From Marinoscillum sp. (GTDB taxonomy: Bacteria; Bacteroidota; Bacteroidia; Cytophagales; MED-G16): 64,000 bases of DNA. The stretch is from positions 123,438 to 187,437 of the forward strand of contig JAYPVV010000001.1 in assembly GCA_038134805.1 (NCBI GenBank), in the 5' to 3' direction. The notes under the pieces were generated by a model, which saw only the letters and a list, made by a program, of their open reading frames with translations, did no database searches and was not told the DNA's origin. Position 1 is the first letter of the stretch. Every line of letters starts with the position of its first letter. The translations under genes were made by a program, and so were the position numbers. Shown here piece after piece: positions 20,439 to 29,667 of this stretch.

Positions 20439-20899
20439 TGGCAAAATTTGGAAAAAAATCAAATACATCTCAAGATATACCTACAGCTGCATTGCCTGAT
20501 ATAATATTTATGTTGTTATTTTTCTTTATGGTAACAACTGTTTTAAGAGAAACTGATATTTTAGTAAAACAAAAATTACCTAAGGCTGCTCAGCTTTCCA
20601 AATTAGAAAGGAAATCATTAGTTAGCTATATCTATATTGGAGAGCCTAAACAAATTAGTCTTTTTGGTAAAGAACCTAAAATTCAAGTAAATGATGTCTT
20701 TGTGGAAGTTGATGAAATTGTTCAATTTGTTAATCAAGAAAAAGATAAATTGAATGAGGCTGAAAGAGATCAAATTACAATGTCATTGAAAGTAGATGTT
20801 GAGGCTAAAATGGGTATTGTATCTGATGTGCAGCAAGAGCTTAGAGAAGCTAATGCTAGAAAAATTCTTTATAGTTCAGTACAAGCAATTGACATTTAA
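20438..20899 (+). CDS. exbD: biopolymer transport protein ExbD/TolR
   Basis: LPDIIFMLLFFFMVTT anchor. TAATG overlap with the preceding exbD. Confidence 0.85.
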   Translation: MAKFGKKSNTSQDIPTAALPDIIFMLLFFFMVTTVLRETDILVKQKLPKAAQLSKLERKSLVSYIYIGEPKQISLFGKEPKIQVNDVFVEVDEIVQFVNQEKDKLNEAERDQITMSLKVDVEAKMGIVSDVQQELREANARKILYSSVQAIDI

Positions 20900-20905
20900 T
20901 TAAAA

Positions 20906-20934
20906 AATAAGAATTAGATTTAGTAATTCTTATT
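20906..20934 (+). terminator. perfect 11-bp AT-rich hairpin after the exbD operon
   Basis: AATAAGAATTA-gatttag-TAATTCTTATT. It ends 1 nt before the next ATG and has only a short T tail, so terminator function is uncertain. Confidence 0.35.
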
Positions 20935-20935
20935 T

Positions 20936-22231
20936 ATGATTAAATTATTTAATAAATCTCAGAGAAAAATTAATGCCTGGTGTATGTATGACTGGGCAAA
21001 TTCTGTATACTCTCTTGTAATTACAACTGCAATATTTCCAATATTTTATAATTCAGTTACAACCGCTTCTGATGGTTCTGATATAGTTAGTTTTTTTGGT
21101 ATTAAAATTGTTAATTCAGTTTTATATTCCTACTCACTTTCTTTTTCTTTTTTATTAGTAACAATAATTCAACCAATATTATCTGGTATCGCTGATTATT
21201 CAGAAAATAAAAAATTTTTCTTAAAGCTATTTATGTATATAGGATCATTATCTTGTATGTCATTATATTTTTTTGAAGGGGAAAATATTGAATTTGGAAT
21301 TATCTTCTTTGTTTTAGCAAGTATAGGATTTACAGGAAGCCTTGTTTTTTATAATGCCTTCCTTCCAGAAATTACAACTTCTGAAAATTTTGATAGGGTA
21401 AGTGCGAGAGGTTACTCATTTGGTTATGTTGGAAGTGTTGTATTATTAATTATTTGTTTAATTATTATTCAAGAATATAGTTTATTTGGTTTTGAAAATT
21501 CTAAAGAAGCTACTCAATTTACATTTTTGCTTGTTGGTGTTTGGTGGATTATTTTTTCTCAAATCACTTTATTTTATATTTCAGAAAAATCAGAAAAGAT
21601 CAATATTTCTTTTGAAATATTATCGTATGGCTCAAAAGAATTAGCTAAAGCATGGAAATACATAAATGGTGTCAGAAATCTTAAGCTTTATTTATTTTCC
21701 TATTTTTTTTATAGTATGGGAGTGCAAACTATTATGCTTGTTGCCTCATATTTTGGTGACAAAGAATTAAATCTTGATCAGTCAAAATTAATTTTTACTG
21801 TACTTGTAATACAAATTATAGCCATTTTAGGAGCTTATCTTTTTGCATTTATTTCTAAACTAAGGGGAAATAAATTTTCGTTAGTTATTATGATTGTAAT
21901 ATGGATTATTATTTGTTTGAGTGCGTATTATACTACAAATGAAAATCAGTTTTATTTACTAGCAGTTGCAGTTGGTATATTAATGGGTGGAATTCAATCA
22001 TTATCTAGATCTACATTTTCAAAACTTATTCCTTATGAGAGTAAAGAAAAAGCTTCTTTATTTAATTTTTATGCAATAACTTATAATATTGCAGTAGTTG
22101 TAGGCACATTCTCTTATGGGTACATAGAAAGTATTACAGGAAGTATGAGAACAAGTATTTTAGCTCTCATGTTATTTTTTATTATAGGTCTAATATTCTT
22201 ACTATTTACTAAAATTAATAGATCAACTTAA
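20936..22231 (+). CDS. MFS transporter, UMF1/Atg22-like family
   Basis: AWCMYDWANSVYSLVITTAIFP N-terminal motif; about 12 TM segments. Confidence 0.75.
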   Translation: MIKLFNKSQRKINAWCMYDWANSVYSLVITTAIFPIFYNSVTTASDGSDIVSFFGIKIVNSVLYSYSLSFSFLLVTIIQPILSGIADYSENKKFFLKLFMYIGSLSCMSLYFFEGENIEFGIIFFVLASIGFTGSLVFYNAFLPEITTSENFDRVSARGYSFGYVGSVVLLIICLIIIQEYSLFGFENSKEATQFTFLLVGVWWIIFSQITLFYISEKSEKINISFEILSYGSKELAKAWKYINGVRNLKLYLFSYFFYSMGVQTIMLVASYFGDKELNLDQSKLIFTVLVIQIIAILGAYLFAFISKLRGNKFSLVIMIVIWIIICLSAYYTTNENQFYLLAVAVGILMGGIQSLSRSTFSKLIPYESKEKASLFNFYAITYNIAVVVGTFSYGYIESITGSMRTSILALMLFFIIGLIFLLFTKINRST

Positions 22232-22677
22232 TGATTAAGTTAAATTTTCCTGTTACTTCTCTTTCTTTGAAGAAAAAAAACTCAAATACTTATGTTTTTG
22301 ATAGTTTAAGAAAAAAATATGTAATACTGACTCCTGAGGAGTGGGTGAGACAACATCTAGTTAATTATTTAATAAAAGACTTAGATTATCCAAAAGGACT
22401 AATTATAACAGAATCTTTTTTAAAGTATAACAATTTAAATAAAAGATCTGATGTGTTAGTTTTAGATAGGGAGTTAAGTCCTTTCATGGTAGTTGAATGT
22501 AAGTCTTTTAAGATTAAATTGAATAGAAATCATATTGATCAATCTTCAACATATAATAAAATCTATAAAAGTAAATTTATGATGATTACTAATGGTTTGA
22601 ATCACATAGTTTATGAGTTCAATTGGAAAGAAAATAGTTTTATTGTTAAGAAATCTATTCCTAAATATGAGGATTAA
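22231..22677 (+). CDS. stand-alone HsdR_N (type I restriction enzyme R N-terminal-like) domain protein
   Basis: LTPEEWVRQHLVNYL..RSDVLV..FMVVECKS..MITNGLNH pattern of the small conserved Bacteroidota HsdR_N family. Confidence 0.7.
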   Translation: MIKLNFPVTSLSLKKKNSNTYVFDSLRKKYVILTPEEWVRQHLVNYLIKDLDYPKGLIITESFLKYNNLNKRSDVLVLDRELSPFMVVECKSFKIKLNRNHIDQSSTYNKIYKSKFMMITNGLNHIVYEFNWKENSFIVKKSIPKYED

Positions 22678-23786
22678 ATTAATGAATCGATTCTAGTATA
22701 ACTTAATCCAAATGCCTCAGAAACGTTTTTGTTAACAATATTTCCTTTAATAACATTAACTCCTGATTTTATTTCACTATTATCAATTGAAGCTTTTTTC
22801 CAGCCTTTATTTGCAATTTCTATTAAATAGGGTAATGTTTTATTAGTCAGAGCAGTTGTTGATGTAAACGGAACAGCACCAGGCATATTTGCTACACAGT
22901 AATGAATTACATTATCCACAATGAATGTTGGATTTTCATGCGTAGTAGGTTTTGAAGTTTCAAAACAACCCCCTTGATCTATAGCTATATCTACTAGCAC
23001 ACAACCTGGTTTTAAATATTTTAATAATTCTTTTGAAATTAATTTTGGAGCTTTTGCTCCAGCTACAAGAACTGCTCCTATTATAAGATCACTTTCCTTT
23101 GCTTCTTTTTCAATAGTTTCTTTCGAGGATAAAATGCATTTTACACTATCATTAAATAATTTTTTTAAATCTGACAATCTTTTTTCACTTGTGTCTAATA
23201 TTGTCACATTAGCTTGTAGGCCAACAGCCATTTTAGCAGCTTCTGTTCCTGATATTCCTCCCCCAATAATTAAAACATTTGCTGGTTGAACGCCTGTGAC
23301 CCCACCTAAAAGAATTCCTCTTCCTCCCATAGGTTTTTCTAAGAATTTTGCTCCTTCTTGTGTTGCCATTCTTCCTGCTACTTCAGACATAGGAATAAGT
23401 AATGGAAGGGAGCCATTTTGATCTTCTACAGTTTCATATGCAATGCAAATTGATTTGCTTTTTATCATTGCGTCCAGTAGAGGTTTATATGATGCAAAGT
23501 GAAAATAAGTAAATACTATCTGATTCTCTTTTATTAAACTGTACTCTTGCTCAATGGGCTCTTTTACTTTTAAGATAAGATCAGACTTATGATATACTAG
23601 CTTATTATCTTCTAAAATTTTAGCTCCAGCTGCTTGATAATCTGAATCTAAAAAACTTGAATTTATTCCAGCACTTTTTTCGATATAAACTTCATGACCA
23701 TTAGAGATTAGTTCATTTACTCCATCTGGAGTTATCGAAACTCTAAATTCATTATTTTTAATCTCCTTTGGTACTCCAATTATCAT
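22674..23786 (-). CDS. ald: alanine dehydrogenase
   Basis: MIIGVPKEIKNNEFRVSITP and IIGGGISGTEAAKMAVGLQANVTILD. The start is set at the canonical MIIGVPKE Met; the tracked ORF begins 15 nt upstream at 23801. Confidence 0.9.
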   Translation of the reverse strand: MIIGVPKEIKNNEFRVSITPDGVNELISNGHEVYIEKSAGINSSFLDSDYQAAGAKILEDNKLVYHKSDLILKVKEPIEQEYSLIKENQIVFTYFHFASYKPLLDAMIKSKSICIAYETVEDQNGSLPLLIPMSEVAGRMATQEGAKFLEKPMGGRGILLGGVTGVQPANVLIIGGGISGTEAAKMAVGLQANVTILDTSEKRLSDLKKLFNDSVKCILSSKETIEKEAKESDLIIGAVLVAGAKAPKLISKELLKYLKPGCVLVDIAIDQGGCFETSKPTTHENPTFIVDNVIHYCVANMPGAVPFTSTTALTNKTLPYLIEIANKGWKKASIDNSEIKSGVNVIKGNIVNKNVSEAFGLSYTRIDSLI

Positions 23787-24002
23787 TGGTGCAAATATCA
23801 TCTATTTATAAAAAAATAATACTATTTTACTTCTTTTTTTAATTTCTAATTAAATTAATTTTTTAAAATAATATTCTATATATATTAAAATATCAAAATA
23901 TTATATTGAATATTTAACTAATATGCAATTATATTTTTATTACAAGTTAATTTAAAAATAATTTTAATTCCTTTTTGTGTATATTTACTTCGAATTTCTA
24001 AT

Positions 24003-26420
24003 ATGCAAGAATCAAATCTCTTGATAAATAAATCCTTTAAAATTTCTAAACAAGAAATATTAAATGACTATTACCTAATTAATGAAAGTAGGCACCTAAG
24101 TTTAGTAGGTAGAAGAGAGGTATTTATGGGAAGAGCAAAATTTGGTGTATTCGGAGATGGTAAAGAATTACCTCAAATTGCTATGTCAAAATTTTTTCAA
24201 AATGGGGATTTTAGAAGTGGTTATTACAGGGATCAAACATTTATGATGGCAATTGATCAGCTAAGTTCAGATCAATTTTTTGCCCAGTTATATGCTCATA
24301 CTGATATTAAACATGATCCTCACTCTGGAGGTAGACAGATGAATTGTCATTTTGGTACAAGGATGCTTAATTCTTCTGGTGAATGGAAAACGCTTACTGA
24401 TATGAAAAATTCGGCAAGTGATGTATCTTGTGTTGCAGGTCAAATGCCTAGAATTGTAGGATTAGGTTATGCTTCTAAACTTTATAGAAAAAATAAAGCA
24501 TTAACAAAAATGAATAATTTTTCAATAAATGGAAATGAAGTCATTTTTGGGACAATTGGAGATGCAAGTACTTCAGAAGGTCATTTTTGGGAATCAATGA
24601 ATGCATGTGGTGTACTACAGGTTCCAGTTGTAATGTCAATTTGGGACGATGGCTATGGTATATCAGTTCCATCAGAATATCATACTACTAGAAATGATTT
24701 ATCAAAAGTTTTATCTGGATTTCAAAGATCTTCTAATAAAGAAAATGGATTTGAGTTATTTACTGTAAAAGCTTGGGATTATGAAGGCTTATTAGATTGT
24801 TATTCAAAGGCTGTAAAAGTAGCTAGAGAAGATCATGTCCCATCAATAATTCATGTTAAAGATGTTACCCAACCTCAGGGTCATACAACTTCTGGATCTC
24901 ATGAAAGATATAAAACAAAAGAAAGGCTTCAGTGGGAGAAAGATTATTGTTGTATTAAAAAGATGAGAGAATGGATATTAAAAAATGAAATTACATCTGC
25001 TCAAAAATTAGATGAAATCGAAATTGAAGCTGAAAGAAATGTAAAAATATCAAGAGATAATTCATGGAAATCATATAGAAAATCTATCGAAGATGATCTT
25101 GATGATTCATTAGCTATTATAACCAGAGTTGCTCAAAATAGTCCAAAAAATAAGAAAGAAATAATTAATGTAAGAGAAGATTTAATATCAACTATTCAAC
25201 CCTTAAAAGCAGATATTTTAAAATCGTTGAAGTTTGTTCAGAGAATAATTAGAAATGAAAATAATTTAGGTAAGATATATTTGATAAACCTTATTAATGA
25301 ATTAGAAAAAAAATACTTAGATGAATATAGTTCTCATCTTTATAGTCAATCTGATTTTTCAACATCAAAAATTAAAGAAGTTAGGCCTGATTATGAATCA
25401 ACTCCTGAATTAATTGATGGAAGAGAAATTATCAATAATTTTTTTGATATAACATTTAAAAATAATCCACTAGTATTTGCAGTTGGAGAAGATGTGGGAA
25501 TGATAGGGGGGGTTAACCAAGGTTTTGCAGGTATCCAAAAAAAATATGGAGATCTAAGAATTACAGATACAGGAATAAGAGAAGCCTCCATTATTGGGCA
25601 GGGAATTGGTGCAGCTATGAGAGGTCTTAGACCTATAGTTGAAATTCAGTATTTAGATTATGTATACTGGGCAATTCAAACTTTATCTGATGATTTATCT
25701 ACGTTACATTATAGAACCAAGGGTGGTCAAAAAGCTCCCGTTATTATTAGAACAAGAGGTCATAGGTTAGAAGGTATATGGCATTCCGGTTCTCCAATGG
25801 GCACTCTAATTAATAGTTTAAGGGGAGTAAATGTTTTAGTGCCTAGAAATTTTGTTGAAGCAGCTGGAATGTATAATACACTTTTATTATCAGATGAGCC
25901 GGGTATTATTATTGAGCCATTAAATGCGTATAGATTAAAAGAAAATTTGCCTAATAATCTTGATAAGATTACAGTTGAGTTTGGATCTCCTGAGATATTA
26001 CGAATTGGTAATGATATTACTATTGTAACTTATGGTTCTATGTGTAGAATAGTATTAGAAGCTGCAAATCAATTAGCTCAGATAGGTATATCCTGTGAGG
26101 TAATTGATGTAAGAACTCTACTCCCATTTGATAAAAAAAATAAAATTCTTGATTCAATAAAAAAAACAAATAGAGTTGTATTTGCTGATGAAGACGTATC
26201 TGGTGGTGCAACTGCTTTCATGATGCAAGAAGTGCTTGAGATTCAAGATGCATACTATTTTTTAGATTCAAAGCCTATAACTATCCATTCTAAAGATCAT
26301 AGACCAGCATATAGCACAGATGGTGATTATTTTTCTAAGCCCAATTGTGAAACAATTTTTGACAGAATATATAATTTATTTAACGAGGTAAATCCTAACG
26401 CATACCCTAAACTATTCTGA
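24003..26420 (+). CDS. fused 2-oxoacid dehydrogenase E1 component (alpha + beta in one 805-aa chain)
   Basis: The N-terminal half carries a TPP-binding region (IGDASTSEGHFWE...WDDGYGISV). The C-terminal half carries a transketolase-like pyrimidine-binding region (DTGIREASIIGQGIGAAMRGLRPIVEIQYLDY). Confidence 0.8.
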   Translation: MQESNLLINKSFKISKQEILNDYYLINESRHLSLVGRREVFMGRAKFGVFGDGKELPQIAMSKFFQNGDFRSGYYRDQTFMMAIDQLSSDQFFAQLYAHTDIKHDPHSGGRQMNCHFGTRMLNSSGEWKTLTDMKNSASDVSCVAGQMPRIVGLGYASKLYRKNKALTKMNNFSINGNEVIFGTIGDASTSEGHFWESMNACGVLQVPVVMSIWDDGYGISVPSEYHTTRNDLSKVLSGFQRSSNKENGFELFTVKAWDYEGLLDCYSKAVKVAREDHVPSIIHVKDVTQPQGHTTSGSHERYKTKERLQWEKDYCCIKKMREWILKNEITSAQKLDEIEIEAERNVKISRDNSWKSYRKSIEDDLDDSLAIITRVAQNSPKNKKEIINVREDLISTIQPLKADILKSLKFVQRIIRNENNLGKIYLINLINELEKKYLDEYSSHLYSQSDFSTSKIKEVRPDYESTPELIDGREIINNFFDITFKNNPLVFAVGEDVGMIGGVNQGFAGIQKKYGDLRITDTGIREASIIGQGIGAAMRGLRPIVEIQYLDYVYWAIQTLSDDLSTLHYRTKGGQKAPVIIRTRGHRLEGIWHSGSPMGTLINSLRGVNVLVPRNFVEAAGMYNTLLLSDEPGIIIEPLNAYRLKENLPNNLDKITVEFGSPEILRIGNDITIVTYGSMCRIVLEAANQLAQIGISCEVIDVRTLLPFDKKNKILDSIKKTNRVVFADEDVSGGATAFMMQEVLEIQDAYYFLDSKPITIHSKDHRPAYSTDGDYFSKPNCETIFDRIYNLFNEVNPNAYPKLF

Positions 26421-27152
26421 AAGTATTTCTTCTAAAGTAAACTCTGGAGTTTCTATAATATTACTGTTATTTAAGTCTTTATCTTTTATATATATTTTTA
26501 GTTTGAAAATATTATTTTTTAAAATCATTTCAAACCCATAAGATACCATCCCGTATCTTAATTTTCCTGAAAGAAGTTGAGATGAATTAGAAATATTAAG
26601 TTCTGGAAATCTTGAATTGAAGTCTAATCCACAACCATATTCTCTGTCAAAAATTCTTTTCCAATCAATTATCTCAAAATCGTTATTTTTTTTCATATAA
26701 AATTCTACAAAAATATTTTTATTATTTTCATTTTTTTGAATGTAAAAAGTATCTAGCCTAGATGAGCCAGCTAAAGTATCTATTATGTAATTTTCGCAAT
26801 TAAAAGAAGGTCTATTATCTTCATTGCTAAATATATAGTATGTGCCATTGGGTTCATATATATAAAGCGGTGGAATTATATTTTTATCTCCGAGAGTAAC
26901 CCAGTTGAATTCTTGATCAATTATAGCATTATATGGGTGATAAGGATAGTTATTTTCTTCATTAGATAATCCTAAGTTTCCATCTCCATCAATAAAATTT
27001 ATAGTAAGAATCAAGGAGTCTTGAAAGTTCAAGTTATTACTTTTTTTGAATTCTAATTTTTCAAATGAAATAGAAGGTACTTCTGAAATATTTTCATCGT
27101 TATTACAAGAGAATAAAGCAAAAACTAAAAAAAAATTAATTAAATGTCTCAT
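26412..27152 (-). CDS. hypothetical lipoprotein
   Basis: Signal peptide with lipobox (FALFSC); no recognisable domain. Confidence 0.55.
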   Translation of the reverse strand: MRHLINFFLVFALFSCNNDENISEVPSISFEKLEFKKSNNLNFQDSLILTINFIDGDGNLGLSNEENNYPYHPYNAIIDQEFNWVTLGDKNIIPPLYIYEPNGTYYIFSNEDNRPSFNCENYIIDTLAGSSRLDTFYIQKNENNKNIFVEFYMKKNNDFEIIDWKRIFDREYGCGLDFNSRFPELNISNSSQLLSGKLRYGMVSYGFEMILKNNIFKLKIYIKDKDLNNSNIIETPEFTLEEILSE

Positions 27153-27158
27153 TCTTAA

Positions 27159-29105
27159 TTAACTGTTCTTTTTAATATATATTTTATTTTTAAGTTTTTT
27201 GATAGAGCTAATTGGACTATCACAAACATTATTACGGCACAATATAATACTAAGTTTATTAACTGAGAAGTCATTATTAGGTTCTTTAATAGAATAGATT
27301 TTATTTGGAACATACCAGGAATTAATTTCACTAATTGTCTTTTTTTTATTTTTTGAATTTAAAATTTGAATTTCATAAATTCCTACTTTATTAATTTCAT
27401 TAACAAAAATCCAGTTAGATAAAAATTCATAATTATTTAAAAATAATTTTAGTTTTGTTGACATATTATTGAATATCTGTAGGTAGAGAGGATCATTATA
27501 GCACTTTCCTAGAATAAGTAAATTATGAAACATAACTGAATTAGAAGATGGGATTACATCATCAAAAATTTGTATTTTATTTGCTATCAGTTTTTCATTA
27601 TTTTTTCCACTAAAATTGAATAGAAACTCTTTTTTATTATAAAATAATTTAATTGAGTCTTCTGTTAATTTTCTAGAAATCGTAAGATATTTTATTTCAT
27701 TTGTTGCTTCATATAATTTAATAAATGCGCTAATGGTATGAGCATAATCTTCAAGAAATGCAGATAGATTCATTCCATAAATCCTTTTTAGTTTTTTTTT
27801 ATTTATAAATTCATTAATTAAAAAATTAGCATTTTTTAAAGCTGTTTTAAGATACTTTTCATCCTTTAATACTAAATAACTTTGAATTAAGCCTTTTAGA
27901 AGAATTGAGTTCCATGATAAAATAATTTTTTTATCAATATTTGGATGTGTTCTTTCATATCTATGAGTAAAAAGCTTTCTTTTAATTTTTTGAAATAACT
28001 CATCTTTTTCATTATTTCTAAATTTTCTTTTTATGATAATTTGATCTTTATAATCATTTGAATTTGACAAATTAAATATTTCCTCAGCGTATTCATATTC
28101 CTTTTTATTAAGTATTTTTTTTATATCATTTTTATTCCATAAATAAAATTTTCCTTCTTCTCCCTCAGAGTCAGCATCAACAGATGAGTAAAATCCACCA
28201 GATTCATCAATCATATCTCTTTGAATCCATTTATAAGTTTCATCAAGAATATATTTATATGATTTATTTCTTGTTAATGAAAACATATTAGAAAAAAAAT
28301 CTAATAGAAGACCATTATCATAAATCATTTTCTCAAAATGAGGAATATTCCATTTTGTATCGGTAGAGTACCTAAAAAATCCTCCATCTAGATGATCAAA
28401 AATTCCACCTTCAATTATTGAATTTGCTGTTTTAGTTACATGATTATAAATTTCTTTATCTCCAGAACTTAAAGAATAAAAGAGTAGTGAATTCCATAAG
28501 CTTGACATTGGAAATTTTTGAATTCTTTTAATTCCCCCATATTTTTTATCAAACTTTAATTTAATTTCAAATGCTAAAGATTTAATACTGTGATTATCTT
28601 CTGAGCCATACTTAATCACACTTGAAGTATTTAATTCTTTAGTAAAACTCTCTGAAGATTTTTCAAATTCTTTTTTATTAGAAGAATATGCAGATTTTAT
28701 ACCATTTAAAACTCCAATCCACTGGCTAGGATTAAAATAGGTCCCTCCATAAAATGGTTTTAAATTTGGTAATAGAAAAACATTTAAGGGCCATCCTCCA
28801 TTTATTCCCATTAATTGAATAGCGTCCATATAAATATTATCAATATCTGGTCTTTCTTCTCTATCCACTTTAATAGATATAAAGAATTTATTCATAAAAT
28901 CAGCAATTGATTTATTTTGGAATGATTCTTTTTCCATGACATGACACCAGTGACAACTAGAGTAACCGATACTTAAAATAATGATTTTGTTTTCTGATTT
29001 TGCTTTTTTTAGAGCGATATCCCCCCATGGATACCAATTTACAGGATTATTTGAGTGCTGCCTTAGATATTCACTTTTTTCGTTTACTAAAGAATTTAAT
29101 TTCAT
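27159..29105 (-). CDS. thioredoxin-domain protein, YyaL/DUF255 family
   Basis: NPVNWYPWG and [15 protein letters not shown]-terminal motifs, followed by a long alpha/alpha-toroid-like C-terminal region. Confidence 0.85.
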   Translation of the reverse strand: MKLNSLVNEKSEYLRQHSNNPVNWYPWGDIALKKAKSENKIIILSIGYSSCHWCHVMEKESFQNKSIADFMNKFFISIKVDREERPDIDNIYMDAIQLMGINGGWPLNVFLLPNLKPFYGGTYFNPSQWIGVLNGIKSAYSSNKKEFEKSSESFTKELNTSSVIKYGSEDNHSIKSLAFEIKLKFDKKYGGIKRIQKFPMSSLWNSLLFYSLSSGDKEIYNHVTKTANSIIEGGIFDHLDGGFFRYSTDTKWNIPHFEKMIYDNGLLLDFFSNMFSLTRNKSYKYILDETYKWIQRDMIDESGGFYSSVDADSEGEEGKFYLWNKNDIKKILNKKEYEYAEEIFNLSNSNDYKDQIIIKRKFRNNEKDELFQKIKRKLFTHRYERTHPNIDKKIILSWNSILLKGLIQSYLVLKDEKYLKTALKNANFLINEFINKKKLKRIYGMNLSAFLEDYAHTISAFIKLYEATNEIKYLTISRKLTEDSIKLFYNKKEFLFNFSGKNNEKLIANKIQIFDDVIPSSNSVMFHNLLILGKCYNDPLYLQIFNNMSTKLKLFLNNYEFLSNWIFVNEINKVGIYEIQILNSKNKKKTISEINSWYVPNKIYSIKEPNNDFSVNKLSIILCRNNVCDSPISSIKKLKNKIYIKKNS

Positions 29106-29141
29106 GAAATATCAAGTATATTAAAAATTAAGAAAGTTGTG

Positions 29142-29149
29142 TATCTTTG
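29142..29149 (+). promoter_or_regulatory. candidate -7 box (TATCTTTG) upstream of the small lipoprotein ORF
   Basis: Exact TAnnTTTG, 15 nt upstream of the GTG at 29165. Confidence 0.3.
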
Positions 29150-29164
29150 AAAAACAAATTAATT

Positions 29165-29287
29165 GTGAAAAAAATACTTGTAGTTTTATTATTACTTTTT
29201 TCATCTTGCGAAAGGAAATTATGTCCAACATATTCCTCAATACCTAATTCCTCAGAATATAAAGAAACAAATTATTCTCTTACTTAA
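29165..29287 (+). CDS. putative 40-aa lipoprotein (not in the ORF track)
   Basis: GTG-initiated ORF VKKILVVLLLLFSSCERKLCPTYSSIPNSSEYKETNYSLT*. It has a basic n-region, a hydrophobic core and a lipobox-like FSSC, and is preceded by a -7 box. Confidence 0.35.
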   Translation: MKKILVVLLLLFSSCERKLCPTYSSIPNSSEYKETNYSLT

Positions 29288-29292
29288 AAAAA

Positions 29293-29640
29293 TGTAAGTT
29301 TATAAGCCGGATTCTGTATCTGATAAATCAGACTCTTATCATTTATCTAGACTTAACATTGCTGTTAAGTTCTATCGATCTACCCATCTGAAATAATAGC
29401 GAGCAACTACCTGTTTATAACATTCAGATTACTTGATCTTTCAATTTATAAGGTTTACAATGCATTAAATATCACTATTTAATCGGTAAGCTCTTACCTC
29501 ACCTTTTCACCCTTACCCTAAGGCGGTATATTTTCTGTTGCACTTTCTGTTCTCAAATGAGACCTTCCTGTTAGGAAGTATAATGCTCTATATTGTCCGG
29601 ACTTTCCTCTTCAAAATATGAAGCGATAAGACAACTTACA
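29293..29640 (-). ncRNA. rnpB: RNase P RNA (bacterial type A)
   Basis: The reverse complement reads UGUAAGUU..GAGGAAAGUCCGGAC..ACAGAAAGUGCAACAGAAAAUAUACCGCC..GGUAAGGGUGAAAAGGUGAGGUAAGAGCUUACC..GUAAACC..ACAGAAUCCGGCUUAUAAACUUACA. These are the universally conserved P4/J-region blocks. P1 pairs UGUAAGUU with AACUUACA. Ends are good to a few nt. Confidence 0.9.
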
Positions 29641-29643
29641 TCA

Positions 29644-29651
29644 CAAAAGTA
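29644..29651 (-). promoter_or_regulatory. candidate -7 box (TACTTTTG) for rnpB
   Basis: Exact TAnnTTTG on the minus strand, ending 3 nt before the predicted P1 5' end of rnpB. Confidence 0.45.
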
Positions 29652-29655
29652 TATA

Positions 29656-29663
29656 TATTTTTG
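29656..29663 (+). promoter_or_regulatory. candidate -7 box (TATTTTTG) for tsaD
   Basis: Exact TAnnTTTG on the plus strand, ending 4 nt before the tsaD ATG at 29668. It forms a near-palindrome with the rnpB box. Confidence 0.3.
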
Positions 29664-29667
29664 TGAA

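Noticed and set aside
22231-22677. HsdR_N-domain protein as evidence of a type I restriction-modification or defence locus
   Set aside because: It is a 148-aa stand-alone domain, and no hsdM, hsdS or helicase/nuclease R body lies nearby. This small family is a widely conserved housekeeping-context gene in Bacteroidota.
23802-24002. Hidden small gene, sRNA or repeat in the 200-nt ald/E1 spacer
   Set aside because: The only ORF is 10 codons long. I could see no stable stem-loop, direct repeat or exact TAnnTTTG box. I treat it as a plain AT-rich divergent promoter region (mentioned under the E1 finding).
29593-29667. N-terminal 25-aa extension of the tracked tsaD ORF (MSGLSSSKYEAIRQLTSQKYIYFCE)
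   Set aside because: These codons overlap the 5' part of RNase P RNA on the opposite strand, including the conserved GAGGAAAGUCCGGAC block, and its promoter. TsaD homologs begin at the MNNTILAIESSCDDT-type N-terminus (ATG at 29668).
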